From NCBI GenBank assembly GCA_046328255.1, contig JAXLWY010000005.1, positions 22,930 through 86,929 on the forward strand: a stretch of DNA of 64,000 nucleotides, in the 5' to 3' direction. The position numbers and the translations under genes were made by a program. This document shows positions 19,625 through 28,843 of the stretch, piece after piece. The notes beneath the pieces were generated by a model. That model made no database searches. It was not told the DNA's origin and worked only from the letters and a program-made list of their open reading frames with translations. How positions within the stretch are numbered: the first letter of the stretch is position 1; each line of letters begins with the position of its first letter. Source of the stretch: Dehalococcoidia bacterium (GTDB lineage Bacteria > Chloroflexota > Dehalococcoidia > UBA2979).

Positions 19625-20596
19625 ATGACCACCATCGACGTGCTCTCCGACGTTCTCGGCGTGATCAAGCTCGACACGGCGATCTACCTCAACGCCGAGT
19701 TCTCAGAGCCGTGGGCCTTCGCCCATCCCGATTCGACTCACCTCGCGCCGGTGCTCGCGCCGGGAAGCGAGCAGGTGATGATCTACCACCTGCTCGTCGA
19801 CGGCCGCGCGTACGTGCAACTCGATGGCGGGCAGCGGGTGGCGCTCTCGCCCGGCGATATCGTCACGTTCCCGCACGGCAACCCACACGTCTTCGGCAGC
19901 GGCGATAGCGTCGCCCCCCAGGATGCGGCCGCGGCGCTCCCGGGCGTGCTCGCGAACGGTCTTCAGCTCATCCAGGGCGGCGGCGGCGGCCCCTCGTCCC
20001 GATTCATCTGCGGCTACCTCGCGTGCGATACGCAGATCAGTCACGCGTTCCTCAACGGACTGCCTCCCGTGGTGAAGGTCAACATCCGGGACGAGGAAGG
20101 CCAGTGGCTGGAGAGTTCGCTGCGCTTTTCGGTGCAGGAGGCTTCCACGGGCGCCACCGGCTCCCGCGCCATGCTCACCCGGCTCGCCGAGGCCGTATTC
20201 GCGGAGACCCTGCGCCGCTACATCCACAGTCTTCCCGAGGGCGAGACCGGCTGGCTCGCCGGCACGCGCGACCCCGAGGTCGGCCGCGCGCTGGGACTCC
20301 TCCACCAGCGCCCCGCCGAGCCGTGGACCATCGCCAGTCTCGCCCACGAGGTGGGACTGTCCCGGACCGTCCTCGTCGAGCGCTTCCGTTATTTCCTGGA
20401 CGAATCGCCGATGGCGTACCTCACGAGCTGGCGCCTCCGCCTCGCCGCGCGCACGCTCCGCGCCAATCCGTCCTCGAGCCTGACCACGACCGCCGCCGCA
20501 GTGGGCTACGAGTCCGACGCCGCGTTCAGCCGCGCGTTCAAGCGCGAGTTTGGCGTCCCGCCCGCGCAGTACCGGCGCGACGCGCGCGCTAGCTGA
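19625..20596 (+). CDS. AraC-family transcriptional regulator with N-terminal cupin-like domain
   Basis: Start MTTIDVLSDVLGVIKLD at 19625. C-terminal AraC HTH (WTIASLAHEVGLSRTVLVERF...GYESDAAFSRAFKREFG). Confidence 0.85.
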   Translation: MTTIDVLSDVLGVIKLDTAIYLNAEFSEPWAFAHPDSTHLAPVLAPGSEQVMIYHLLVDGRAYVQLDGGQRVALSPGDIVTFPHGNPHVFGSGDSVAPQDAAAALPGVLANGLQLIQGGGGGPSSRFICGYLACDTQISHAFLNGLPPVVKVNIRDEEGQWLESSLRFSVQEASTGATGSRAMLTRLAEAVFAETLRRYIHSLPEGETGWLAGTRDPEVGRALGLLHQRPAEPWTIASLAHEVGLSRTVLVERFRYFLDESPMAYLTSWRLRLAARTLRANPSSSLTTTAAAVGYESDAAFSRAFKREFGVPPAQYRRDARAS

Positions 20597-20755
20597 CCCT
20601 CGCGCCGGTCCAAATCCGGCGCGCGCCCGGCAAGCACGACGCGTCCCGGGCACCCCGTCGCGAACGGCGGCCGCCCCCGCGCCGGAGACGCGCCAGCAGT
20701 GGCGTCGTACCATCGAGGCTCTCACCTTTCGTTCGGACCGCGACGGAGCCCGACC

Positions 20756-22429
20756 ATGACCTCGCCCACCGACGTCCGCGCCGCCCAGGAGCAATGGGAG
20801 TCCGATGTCCTCGGTCGCGTCCTCCAGCGCTTCCCCGAGCGCCGCGCCGAGTTCCGTTCCTCCTCCGCCGAGGAGCGCCGCATCTACACTCCTGCCGACC
20901 TCGACGGCGCCGGCTTCCACTACCTCGACGACGTCGGATTCCCCGGGCAGTTCCCCTTCACGAGAGGGGTTCAGCCCACCATGTATCGAGGGCGTCTCTG
21001 GACCATGCGCCAGTACGCAGGCTTCGGTACCGCCGACGAGACCAACGAGCGCTTCCGGCTCCTCCTCCAGACCGGTCAGACCGGCCTGAGCGCCGCCTTC
21101 GACCTCCCGACGCAGACCGGGTACGACTCGGACGATCCGATGGCCCTCGGCGAGGTCGGCCAAGTGGGCGTTGCGATCGACAGCCTCGACGACATGGAGC
21201 GCCTCTTCCGCGACATCCCCCTCGATCAGATCTCGACCTCGATGACGATCAACGCGCCCGCCGCGATCCTCGTCGCGATGTACGTCGCCGCCGCCGAGAA
21301 GCAGGGCCACGCGCCGAGCGTGGTCATGGGCACCGCCCAGAACGACGTCCTCAAGGAGTACGTCGCGAGGGGCACGTACATCTTCCCGCCCGCGCCCTCC
21401 GTCCGGCTTGCGGCGGACCTGATCAACTACTGCGCGAAGGAAACCCCGAAGTTCAACTCGATCTCCGTGTCCGGCTACCACATCCGCGAGGCCGGCAGCA
21501 CCGCCGCGCAAGAGATCGCCTTCGCCTTCTCGAACGCCGTCGCCTACCTCGATGAGTGCCTCAAGCGTGGCGCCGACATCGATGACGTCGCCCCGCGCGT
21601 CAGCTGGATCTTCAACACGCACAACCACTTCTTCGAGGAGATCGCGAAGTACCGCACCCTCCGACGGATGTGGGCGCGCCTCCTCCGCGAGCGCTACGGC
21701 GCGAAGAACCCCAACTCCCTGATGCTGCGCACACACACCCAGACCGGCGGCTCCACGCTGACCGCGCAGCAGCCGCTGAACAACATCGCGAGGGCGGCCA
21801 TCCAGGCGCTCGCCGCGGTCGTCGGCGGCGTCCAGTCGCTCGCGCTCTCCTGCTATGACGAGGCGCTCGCGCTGCCGACCGAGCAGGCACAGGAGATCGC
21901 GCTCCGCACGCAGCAGATCATCGCCCACGAGACCGGCGCGGCCGACACCATCGACCCGCTCGCCGGCTCGTACTACATCGAGACCCTCACCACCCAGCTC
22001 GAGGACGCCGCGAACGCGATCATGGCCCGCGTCGAGGACATCGGCGGCGCCGTGGCCGCCGTCGAGACCGGCTACGTGCAGGCCGAGATCCAGGAAGCCT
22101 CCGTCACCTGGCAGCGCGAGGTGGAATCGGGCGAGCGCGTCATCGTCGGTGTCAACGACTACATCAACCCCAACGAGGATGCCACACCCCTCTTCCGCCC
22201 CAACCTCGCCGTGGTGCAATCGCAGCTCGACGCGCTGAAGGCCCTTCGCGCCCGGCGCGACACCGCCGCCGTCGAGGCGTCACTCGCACGCCTCCGCAAC
22301 GCCGCCCGCGGCGACGAGAACCTCATGCCCGCCATCCTCGACGCCGTGAAGACCTACGCCACCCTCGGCGAGATGTGCGGCGTCCTCCGCCAGGAATGGG
22401 GCGAGTACACCCCACCCACGCGGGTATAG
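20756..22429 (+). CDS. Methylmalonyl-CoA mutase family, large catalytic (TIM barrel) subunit without a B12-binding domain
   Basis: FTRGVQPTMYRGRLWTMRQYAGFGTADETNERF, LSAAFDLPTQTGYDSD and ISVSGYHIREAG motifs. 557 aa. It ends before any B12-binding domain. Confidence 0.9.
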   Translation: MTSPTDVRAAQEQWESDVLGRVLQRFPERRAEFRSSSAEERRIYTPADLDGAGFHYLDDVGFPGQFPFTRGVQPTMYRGRLWTMRQYAGFGTADETNERFRLLLQTGQTGLSAAFDLPTQTGYDSDDPMALGEVGQVGVAIDSLDDMERLFRDIPLDQISTSMTINAPAAILVAMYVAAAEKQGHAPSVVMGTAQNDVLKEYVARGTYIFPPAPSVRLAADLINYCAKETPKFNSISVSGYHIREAGSTAAQEIAFAFSNAVAYLDECLKRGADIDDVAPRVSWIFNTHNHFFEEIAKYRTLRRMWARLLRERYGAKNPNSLMLRTHTQTGGSTLTAQQPLNNIARAAIQALAAVVGGVQSLALSCYDEALALPTEQAQEIALRTQQIIAHETGAADTIDPLAGSYYIETLTTQLEDAANAIMARVEDIGGAVAAVETGYVQAEIQEASVTWQREVESGERVIVGVNDYINPNEDATPLFRPNLAVVQSQLDALKALRARRDTAAVEASLARLRNAARGDENLMPAILDAVKTYATLGEMCGVLRQEWGEYTPPTRV

Positions 22430-22567
22430 CGAGCTGACCAACGTCGTGCCTCGCGCGCGGACCTGTCGAGGCCGCTCGAAGGCCCTCCGACGCAGGGCGC
22501 AGCGCCTCGCGCCGTGCAGGAGGCCACCCTTCGTCGATAGCCGCGCAACGCCCTGGAGGCTCCCGCC

Positions 22568-22760
22568 GTCATCCGCTCACGCTGGAGACCGTGAACATGT
22601 TGAGGGGGCGCGTCGTGTATCCGTTCGCCCGGAGCCTGTCGAAGGGGCCCATCGACCGAGGCAGTTCGAATAGACGATCTGGCCCCACGGCGGGACGCGG
22701 CTGCGAAGCGCAGCGTCCGCCGTCATCCGCTCGCCCTGAGCCTGGCTAAGGGCACCCGCT
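22568..22760 (+). repeat. Dispersed repeat A module, three tandem-ish units, copy 4
   Basis: Three copies of GTCATCCGyTCrCsC.GAGCCTG.C.AAGGG-like units at about 22568, 22619 and 22720. Confidence 0.65.
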
Positions 22761-22952
22761 GGCCCCCAAGAGTCCGAATCGAGGAGCGACAGCGCCCATC
22801 CGCGAGGGGTGTCCACCCGGAGAGCCCGTCCGAGCGCCACCGCCCCTCGCGTTACAACGGCACCCGCCACCCCCTCGACAACAGCGCCCCGAGTACGGCA
22901 CAGTGCGGAGCGCGAAATTCACGAAACAGCAACGCAACGAGGGGATGACGAC

Positions 22953-23699
22953 ATGGCGGGCGCACTCGACGGCCAGGTGGCAGTGGTAACCGGCGCAAGC
23001 CGCGGCATCGGCCGCGCCTGCGCCATCGAGCTCGCGAAGCAGGGCGCCACCGTCGTCGTGAACTACACCTCCAACGAAGAGGCCGCCAACTCCTGCAAGG
23101 CCGCCATCGAGGCCGCCGGCGGGAAGGCCATCGTCCTGAAGGGCGATGTCAGCAAGTCCGAGGAGGCACGCGCCCTCATCAAGACCGCCGAGGAGCAGTG
23201 CGGCAAGGTCGACATCCTCGTCAACAACGCCGGCATCAACCGCGACCGCATGATCCAGCGCATGTCCGACGACGAGTGGGACCAGGTGATCCAGACCGAC
23301 CTCTCCTCGATCTTCTACACGACGCAGGCCGTGCTCGGCGGCATGCGCGAGCGCGGCTACGGCCGCATCGTCAACATGTCCAGCGTGATCGGCCAGATGG
23401 GCAACCTCGGGCAGGCCAACTACTCGGCGGCGAAGGCCGGGATGGTCGCCTTCACCAAGACCGCCGCGAAGGAGTTCGCCCGCTTCAACATCACCGTCAA
23501 CGCCGTCTGCCCCGGCTTCATCGAGACCGACATGGTCGCCGCTCTGTCCGACGAGATTAAGACCAACCTCATCGCCAACATCCCGCTGGGCCGCTTCGGC
23601 ACCGCCGAGGAAGTCGCCGCCGCGGTTCGCTTCCTCGTCACCGAGGGCGGCTTCTTCACCGGCTCCGTCCTCAGCCTCAACGGCGGCCAGTACATGTAG
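22953..23699 (+). CDS. fabG: 3-oxoacyl-ACP (or acetoacetyl-CoA) reductase, classical SDR
   Basis: Start MAGALDGQVAVVTGASRGIGRA at 22953. NNAG motif and the YSAAK catalytic motif. 248 aa. Confidence 0.85.
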   Translation: MAGALDGQVAVVTGASRGIGRACAIELAKQGATVVVNYTSNEEAANSCKAAIEAAGGKAIVLKGDVSKSEEARALIKTAEEQCGKVDILVNNAGINRDRMIQRMSDDEWDQVIQTDLSSIFYTTQAVLGGMRERGYGRIVNMSSVIGQMGNLGQANYSAAKAGMVAFTKTAAKEFARFNITVNAVCPGFIETDMVAALSDEIKTNLIANIPLGRFGTAEEVAAAVRFLVTEGGFFTGSVLSLNGGQYM

Positions 23700-23727
23700 C
23701 CCGCCCCTCCGAGGCGTTTGCTCTCTC

Positions 23728-23751
23728 GAGGCCGCCCGCCGGGGCGGCCTC
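23728..23751 (+). terminator. GC hairpin downstream of fabG (candidate terminator)
   Basis: GAGGCCGCCC-gccg-GGGCGGCCTC, a perfect 10-bp stem 29 nt after the fabG stop. There is no strong U tract. Confidence 0.4.
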
Positions 23752-23756
23752 TCTGC

Positions 23757-24021
23757 CCTTCGGTTCGTGGTGAGCGCAGTCCAGCGGAAGTTCCTCGTGG
23801 CGGCGGTCTGCCTTCATCCGTTCGGCCTGAGGCAGCCGAGGTCCCGCCGCCTTCATCCGTTCGGCCTGAGCCTGTCGAAGGCCCCGCCGTCCCAAGCCGC
23901 CCCACCGCACGCCTTCCGAGGCGAGCGCGCGGCGCCTCGCTCCGAGACGGGGACGCGGGGGCGAAGCCCTACAGAAAGGGGCGGGCGGGCGGGTCCCCCG
24001 CGCCGGAGGCGCGTCCTCAGC
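23757..24021 (+). repeat. Composite dispersed repeat (A plus B modules), copy 5
   Basis: GGTTCGTGGTGAGCGCAGTCCAGCGGAAG, then CCTTCATCCGTTCGGCCTGAG twice (23811 and 23850), then CCTGAGCCTGTCGAAGG, then the B module 23949-24021 with GGGGCGGGCGGGCGGG. Confidence 0.8.
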
Positions 24022-24234
24022 TCTTCCGAGGGCGTACACATGCCATCCCCACCTCGGTGCTCACGTGCCCACGAGGCACACTCGCCCTATGGCGATCATC
24101 TCCCGCCCGCGCACCACTCGAGACCGCACGAGGCCCGTTCAATCAAGACAATCAAGATCCGAACCTGCACCAACCGCGACAATCGAGTTCAATCAAGTCA
24201 CATCGACGCCGCAGCACCGCCGAGGACCCACGCC

Positions 24235-24804
24235 ATGCCCCTGCCCGAGCGCATTGTCGTCGCCGGCAACACCGGCTCCGGCAAGAGCACCCTCGCCGAG
24301 GCGTTGGCGCGCCGCCTCGACCTCCCGTTCGTCGAGCTCGACGCCCTCTTCTGGCTCCCCAACTGGACCGAGCCCGACGCCGAGGACTTCCGGGCGAAGG
24401 TGCGGGCCGCCACCGAGGGCGGACGCTGGGTGGTCGCCGGCAACTACAACGGGCGCACCGCCGACATCACCTGGGTGCAGGCGCAGGCGATGGTCTATCT
24501 CGAGTTGGGCGTCGCGCGATCGATCTGGCGCGTGCTCCGTCGCTCGTGGCGGCGCTGGCGCTCCCAGGAGCTCCTCTGGGGCACCAACACCGAGACGTTC
24601 GCGAAGCACCTCAGGGTCTGGTCACCCGACTCGCTGGTCTGGTGGGCCGTCAAGTCGGTCCCGAACCACCGCAAGCGAGTCATCGAGCTGCGCACGGACC
24701 CACGCTGGTCGCACATCGACCTCGTCCAGTTGCGCTCCCCATCCGAGGTGAACCGCTGGCTCGACGCCGTCACGCGCCGGTGTCGCACGAGGCGCGCAGC
24801 GTGA
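24235..24804 (+). CDS. P-loop NTPase of the adenylate-kinase / topology-modulation (FlaR-like) family
   Basis: Start MPLPERIVVAGNTGSGKSTLAEALARRL at 24235 (Walker A). LDALFWLPNW and VVAGNY motifs typical of this family. Confidence 0.7.
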   Translation: MPLPERIVVAGNTGSGKSTLAEALARRLDLPFVELDALFWLPNWTEPDAEDFRAKVRAATEGGRWVVAGNYNGRTADITWVQAQAMVYLELGVARSIWRVLRRSWRRWRSQELLWGTNTETFAKHLRVWSPDSLVWWAVKSVPNHRKRVIELRTDPRWSHIDLVQLRSPSEVNRWLDAVTRRCRTRRAA

Positions 24805-25456
24805 CCGCGTCGAGGCCGCGCGCGCCGCGCCTGCCGTTCTCGCCCGCGAAGGCGTACGCCCACCTCCGTGGCGTCGACCCCGTCGTCGGCGCGCTCATCG
24901 ACGAGTGGGGACCCTACCGACCACGGCCCGGTTCCGACCCTGGTCAAACCTCGTGCGCACGATCCTCTTCCAGCAGCTCGCGGGCAGCGCCGCGAGGGCG
25001 ATCCAGCGCCGCTTCTACGCGATCCACGGCGCCGAGGATCGCGTCCCCACTCCGGCCGAGGTGCTCGCTACCTCGGACGAGGCCTTCCGCACCGCGGGTG
25101 TCTCGAGGCAGAAGGCCGCCTACCTGCGCGACCTCGCCACGCACGTCCTCGATGACCGCCTCGACTTCGACGCGCTCCGCCGCGCACCGGATGCCGAGGT
25201 ACAGGCCGCCATCACCGCCGTCCACGGCCTCGGCGAGTGGAGCGCCCACATGTTCCTGATGTTCGAGCTCGGCCGTCCCGACGTGCTCCCCACGGGCGAC
25301 CTCGGCGTGCGCGCCGGGATGCGCATCGCCTACGGCCTCGAGGCCGTCCCGACGGCGAAGGAGGCGCGTGTCATCGGCGAGCCATGGGCGCCTTACCGCT
25401 CGGTCGGCGCCTGGTACATGTGGCGCGCCGTCGAGGGTCTCGTCCCCGAGCTGTAA
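24801..25456 (+). pseudogene. HhH-GPD DNA glycosylase (AlkA-like 3-methyladenine glycosylase II) with an apparent 1-nt deletion
   Basis: The GTG at 24801 overlaps the upstream stop as GTGA. The N-terminus ...PAKAYAHLRGVDPVVGALIDEWGPYRPRPGSDP is in frame 0. The continuation WSNLVRTILFQQLAGSAARAI...HGLGEWSAHMFLMF...PTGDLGVR is in frame 2. The break is at the CCC run 24938-24940. Confidence 0.8.
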
Positions 25457-25465
25457 CGACTGTGC

Positions 25466-25815
25466 CCTCATCGTTCGTGGTGAGGCTCCCCTGAGCCTGT
25501 CGAAGGGCCTGTCGAACCACTCGGTCGCGTACGAATAACGAATCGAAGACTCCGGCCCAGACTGCAGAGGAAGCGGGGGCCTCGCCCTGTGCCGAAGGAC
25601 GCGTCGTCAGGCTCCGGCGACTCGCATTGACCGTGGACGATGAGTCCGGACGCCCGGGAATCTCGAGGCTCGCACGACTCCGCGTCAACCCAGCGCAAAT
25701 CACGCAAATCGCTCCCGCACTGCTAGCCACGACTGGGAGCGCAGGGGACGCAGCCCCTCGCACAGAAGGGTGGGTGGGCGGGTCCCCGGCCCGGAGGGCC
25801 GACCTCAGCTCCCAG
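25466..25815 (+). repeat. Composite dispersed repeat (A plus B modules), copy 6, the best-preserved copy
   Basis: CATCGTTCGTGGTGAGGCTCCCCTGAGCCTGTCGAAGGGCCTGTCGAACCAC at 25468-25520. The B module GGGGACGCAGCCCC..AGAAGGGTGGGTGGGCGGGTCCCCGGCCCGGAGGGCCGACCTCAGC is at 25744-25810. Confidence 0.8.
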
Positions 25816-25923
25816 TTCGAGTCGGGCCGCGTCGACACGCGACCACCGGGACGGCCGCCCGCGGGCCCTCAGAGACCCGCACCTATACTGGCCACACGAG
25901 CAGCACTCGAGGCGGAGGCACCC

Positions 25924-27044
25924 GTGATCGTCGGCACCGTGCGCGAGACCAAGACCGAGGAGTACCGCGTGGCCCTCACCCCCGAGGGCGTCGCGGACAT
26001 CGTCGCCGCGGCCACCACGTCCTCGTCGAGACCGGCGCCGGCGTCGGCTCCAACTACCACGACATCGAGTACCGCGATGCCGGCGCCGAGGTCCTTCCCA
26101 CGCCGCAGGACGTCTACGCCCGCGCCGAGCTCATGTGCGAGGTCAAAGAGCCGCAGCCCCAGGAGTACGACCTCCTCCGCGAGGGCCAGATCCTGTTCAC
26201 CTACCTCCACCTCGCCGCCGAGCCGCACGTCACCGACGCGATCATCCGCTCGAGGTGCATCGCGATCGGCTACGAGACCGTTCGCCGCGACGACGGCTTC
26301 CTTCCGCTGCTCGCGCCCATGTCCGAGGTCGCCGGGCGCATGGCGGTTGAGCTGGGCGCGCACTACCTGAAGCGGCCCGGCCCCGGCCGAGGCATGCTCC
26401 TCGGCGGACTCCCCGGCGTCCCGCCCGCGCACGTCGTGATCGTCGGCTCGGGCAACGTCGGCAAGAACGCCGTCCGCGCCGCGGTCGGCTTCGGCGCGCG
26501 CGTCTCGGTCGTATCTATCGACGAGAACCAGCTCCGGCACCTCGAGGACGAGTACCAGGGCCGCATCGAAACGGTCCTCGCAAGCCCGCACGCGATCGCG
26601 AGCGTCGTCGCCGGCGCCGACCTCCTCGTGGGCGCCGTCCTCGTCGAGGGCAGGCGCGCCCCGGTCGTCGTCACGCGCCAGATGGTCCGCACCATGGGCG
26701 CGGGCGCCGTCATCGTCGATGTCGCCGTCGACCAGGGCGGCTGCGTCGAAACCACCCGCCCCACCTCGCACGTCGACCCCGTGTACGTCGAGGAGGGCGT
26801 CGTGCACTACGCCGTGCCGAACATGCCGGGCGCCGTGCCCCGCACGTCATCGAGGGCGCTCACGGGCCTCACGCTGCCGTACATCCTGCGCGTCGCCAAC
26901 GAGGGCTTCGCGGCCGCCGTCCGTCGCGACGCCGCGCTCCGCCGAGGCGTGAACGCCTATCGAGGCGTGCTCACCCACGAGGCAGTTGCGAGCTCCCTCG
27001 GCCGCCCGTGGACGCCCATCGAGGAGCTGCTCCCGCCGGACTGA
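25924..27044 (+). pseudogene. ald: Alanine dehydrogenase with an apparent 1-nt deletion near the 5' end
   Basis: GTG 25924 gives VIVGTVRETKTEEYRVALTPEGVADIVAA in frame 1. The text then continues as GHHVLVETGAGVGS...VIVGSGNVGKNAV...DVAVDQGGC in frame 0. The break is at 26009-26011, where GG is seen and GGG is expected. Confidence 0.9.
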
Positions 27045-27194
27045 GGTGGGGCGCTGTCATTGTCCTGTTCCCGAGGCAGGGGTGACGCTTGGCGCAAAGA
27101 CGCGCGTTCGCTTCGAGTGTCCTCCCCCGGCAGCTGATGACGCAGATCCGCAGCCGGCGCAGACGGTTGTCTCGCCCAGCGCCCTCTCAGGGTG

Positions 27195-27265
27195 CGCGAG
27201 GGGCGGAGCCCTCGCTAGAAGAGGGCGGGTGGGCGGGCGGCCCGGGCGGCCGTCCACGGCTCCGA
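27195..27265 (+). repeat. Dispersed repeat B module, copy 7
   Basis: GAGGGGCGGAGCCCTC box, then AGAAGAGGGCGGGTGGGCGGGCGGCCCGGGCGGCCG. It lies just 3' of the SHOCT gene stop (27295). Confidence 0.75.
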
Positions 27266-27294
27266 GTGAAATCCACCACCGCGGGCGTCCGGCG

Positions 27295-27513
27295 CTAGAT
27301 CGAGTTGCGTCCGCCGCTCGCGGTCCCGCCGCTCAGGTCGGCCATCATCTCCATGAACCGCTCGCGCGTGACCTCGCCCTTCGCGTATGCGCGACGTGCG
27401 AGCTCCGTCGCGTCCGCATCCTCGTTGGGGCTGCGGCCGAGGCTCAGCTGCCGCGCCAGCCACACCGCCAGCCCGGCCCAGGGGAGCCACAGCAACGTCA
27501 CGATCAACCACAT
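27295..27513 (-). CDS. SHOCT-domain small membrane protein
   Basis: Internal start MWLIVTLLWLPWAGLAVWLA at 27513 gives one TM segment. The C-terminus ELARRAYAKGEVTRERFMEMMADL matches the SHOCT pattern. 72 aa. Confidence 0.65.
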   Translation of the reverse strand: MWLIVTLLWLPWAGLAVWLARQLSLGRSPNEDADATELARRAYAKGEVTRERFMEMMADLSGGTASGGRNSI

Positions 27514-27628
27514 CGCAGACCTCCCGCAATCGCGCGATCGGTGGATCACCACTCTAGGAGGAGCCGCACGGGGACATACGAGCGTGATCGCACATCGACG
27601 GGGGACCAAGGTCAGGAGGCGCGCGGCG

Positions 27629-28036
27629 CTAGAGGAAGCGGGCCGACGCCGTCCCATCGAGGAGGACCACGCCCGTCGGGTCCTCGCACACCACGTCGTA
27701 GACCGCGAGTCCCTCGTGCGCCGAACGCAACGAGGCGCGGCACGTCACCGAGATCGGCGGGAACGCAGGCGAGCGCCAGCGCACCTTCAGCGACCCCGTG
27801 TCCGCCCAGCGTACGCCGAACGCCGTCGTCATCACCTCGGACACGAGGGCGAGCACGAGCATCCCGTGAGCCACGGGACGGCCGAACGGCCCCGCCTCCG
27901 CCTCCGGCGAGTCGCGATGGATTGGATTCGGGTCCTGCGCCGCGAGGGCGTACCGGTCAACCAGCGCCTGGTCGATCAGGCGCGTCAGCGGTGGGATCAC
28001 CGGCGGCTCGCCCAGACGAGGTTCACGATGCTGCAA
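27629..28036 (-). CDS. MaoC-like dehydratase, catalytic hotdog subunit (HadB-like)
   Basis: Hydratase-2 motif YALAAQDPNPIHRD. The candidate TTG start at 28036 overlaps the end of the upstream hotdog gene; an alternative GTG is at 28000. Confidence 0.7.
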   Translation of the reverse strand: MQHREPRLGEPPVIPPLTRLIDQALVDRYALAAQDPNPIHRDSPEAEAGPFGRPVAHGMLVLALVSEVMTTAFGVRWADTGSLKVRWRSPAFPPISVTCRASLRSAHEGLAVYDVVCEDPTGVVLLDGTASARFL

Positions 28037-28429
28037 TCGCCGGCACGCGAGGCAGCACCACCGTCGCATGCCCGCGGCACACCAGCCGGTCCTCCAGGCG
28101 CAGTTCGAGGCCAACCGTCGTGTACACGGCGCCTGCTCGCCGGCGCGCCGCTCGACCGCGATCAGCAGGTCCAGCGTCGAATCGAACGGCACCGCCTCGA
28201 GGAAGTCGAACTCCTGCGCCGAGTGGAACACGCCCGCGGGCAGCGGCATCTCGTCCATCAGCGCCGCGAGGGCGAGCGCCCCCAGCGCGAGGGGTGGCAC
28301 CGTGCCGGGCCAGTGCGCGTCGTCCTCGCCCGTCGCCGCCATGTAGCGAAGGGCGTCCTCACGCGTGATCGTCAGGTTGACGGCGGGCAGCACGTCGCCC
28401 GTGCGCACCGATTCGAAGTTCGTGCTCAG
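28023..28429 (-). pseudogene. Hotdog-fold partner subunit (HadA-like, no hydratase motif) with an apparent 1-nt deletion and a probable CTG start
   Basis: LSTNFESVRTGDVLPAVNLTITREDALRYMAATGEDD...LLIAVERRAGEQ switches to the +2 frame as GAVYTTVGLELRLEDRLVCRGHATVVLPRVPAIAAS*, with its stop at 28023-28025. The break is at CC 28132-28133. GGAGG (28441-28437) sits 7 nt upstream of the CTG at 28429, and that CTG overlaps the HxlR TGA. Confidence 0.65.
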
Positions 28430-28788
28430 CGTCCCGCCTCCGAGTCCGCGCCGAGCTGCGTCATGTGGCGCTCGCCCCACTCCTCGAGGGGTTGCAGCGC
28501 GCCCGCGAGCTCCAGGCCCCGCTCCGACAGTGCGTACTCAACCCAGGGCGGCATCGTCGCCACGATCTGCCTCGTGACGATGCCCTGCTCCTCCAGGAGC
28601 GTCAGGCGATCGCGCAGCGTCCGCGAGTTGCAGCCGCCGATCTCCGCTGCCAGCTCGTTGAACCGAAGCTTCCCGTTCCGCAGCTGGTACACGATGTGCG
28701 GCACCCACTTCTGCCCCAGCAGGGCCAGGGTGGCGCGAATCGGACAGTACTCGCCGTCCGGCCCGGTGGAGAGTTTCGACTCGATCAT
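28426..28788 (-). CDS. HxlR-family (MarR-like winged helix) transcriptional regulator
   Basis: CPIRATLALLGQKWVPHIVYQLRNGKLRFNELAAEIGGCNSRTLRDRLTLLEEQGIV is the HxlR signature. The start is taken at MIESKLS (28788); an alternative ATG is at 28830. Confidence 0.85.
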   Translation of the reverse strand: MIESKLSTGPDGEYCPIRATLALLGQKWVPHIVYQLRNGKLRFNELAAEIGGCNSRTLRDRLTLLEEQGIVTRQIVATMPPWVEYALSERGLELAGALQPLEEWGERHMTQLGADSEAGR

Positions 28789-28843
28789 CTGCAACTCACG
28801 GTATCCTCCGCCCGGCGCGGAATCCACCATCGAGGCGGCGCGC

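Noticed and set aside
20597-20755. Possible cobalamin riboswitch upstream of the mutase gene
   Set aside because: The leader is only about 160 nt. The GCCACTG-like string is on the wrong strand. I could not recognise any B12-box or multi-stem architecture.
19703-22219. 838-aa ORF antisense to the AraC and mutase genes
   Set aside because: Low-complexity Gly/Arg/Asp/Val composition. The opposite strand carries unambiguous AraC and methylmalonyl-CoA-mutase motifs.
22577-24039. Short ORFs inside the long spacers (for example 22577..22870, 23420..23905, 23677..24039, 25371..25838)
   Set aside because: Their peptide text (FVVS.., LSLSKG, RQAQAERMKA, GWVGGSPARR) is just the translation of the dispersed repeat modules in various frames. 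There is no independent coding signal.
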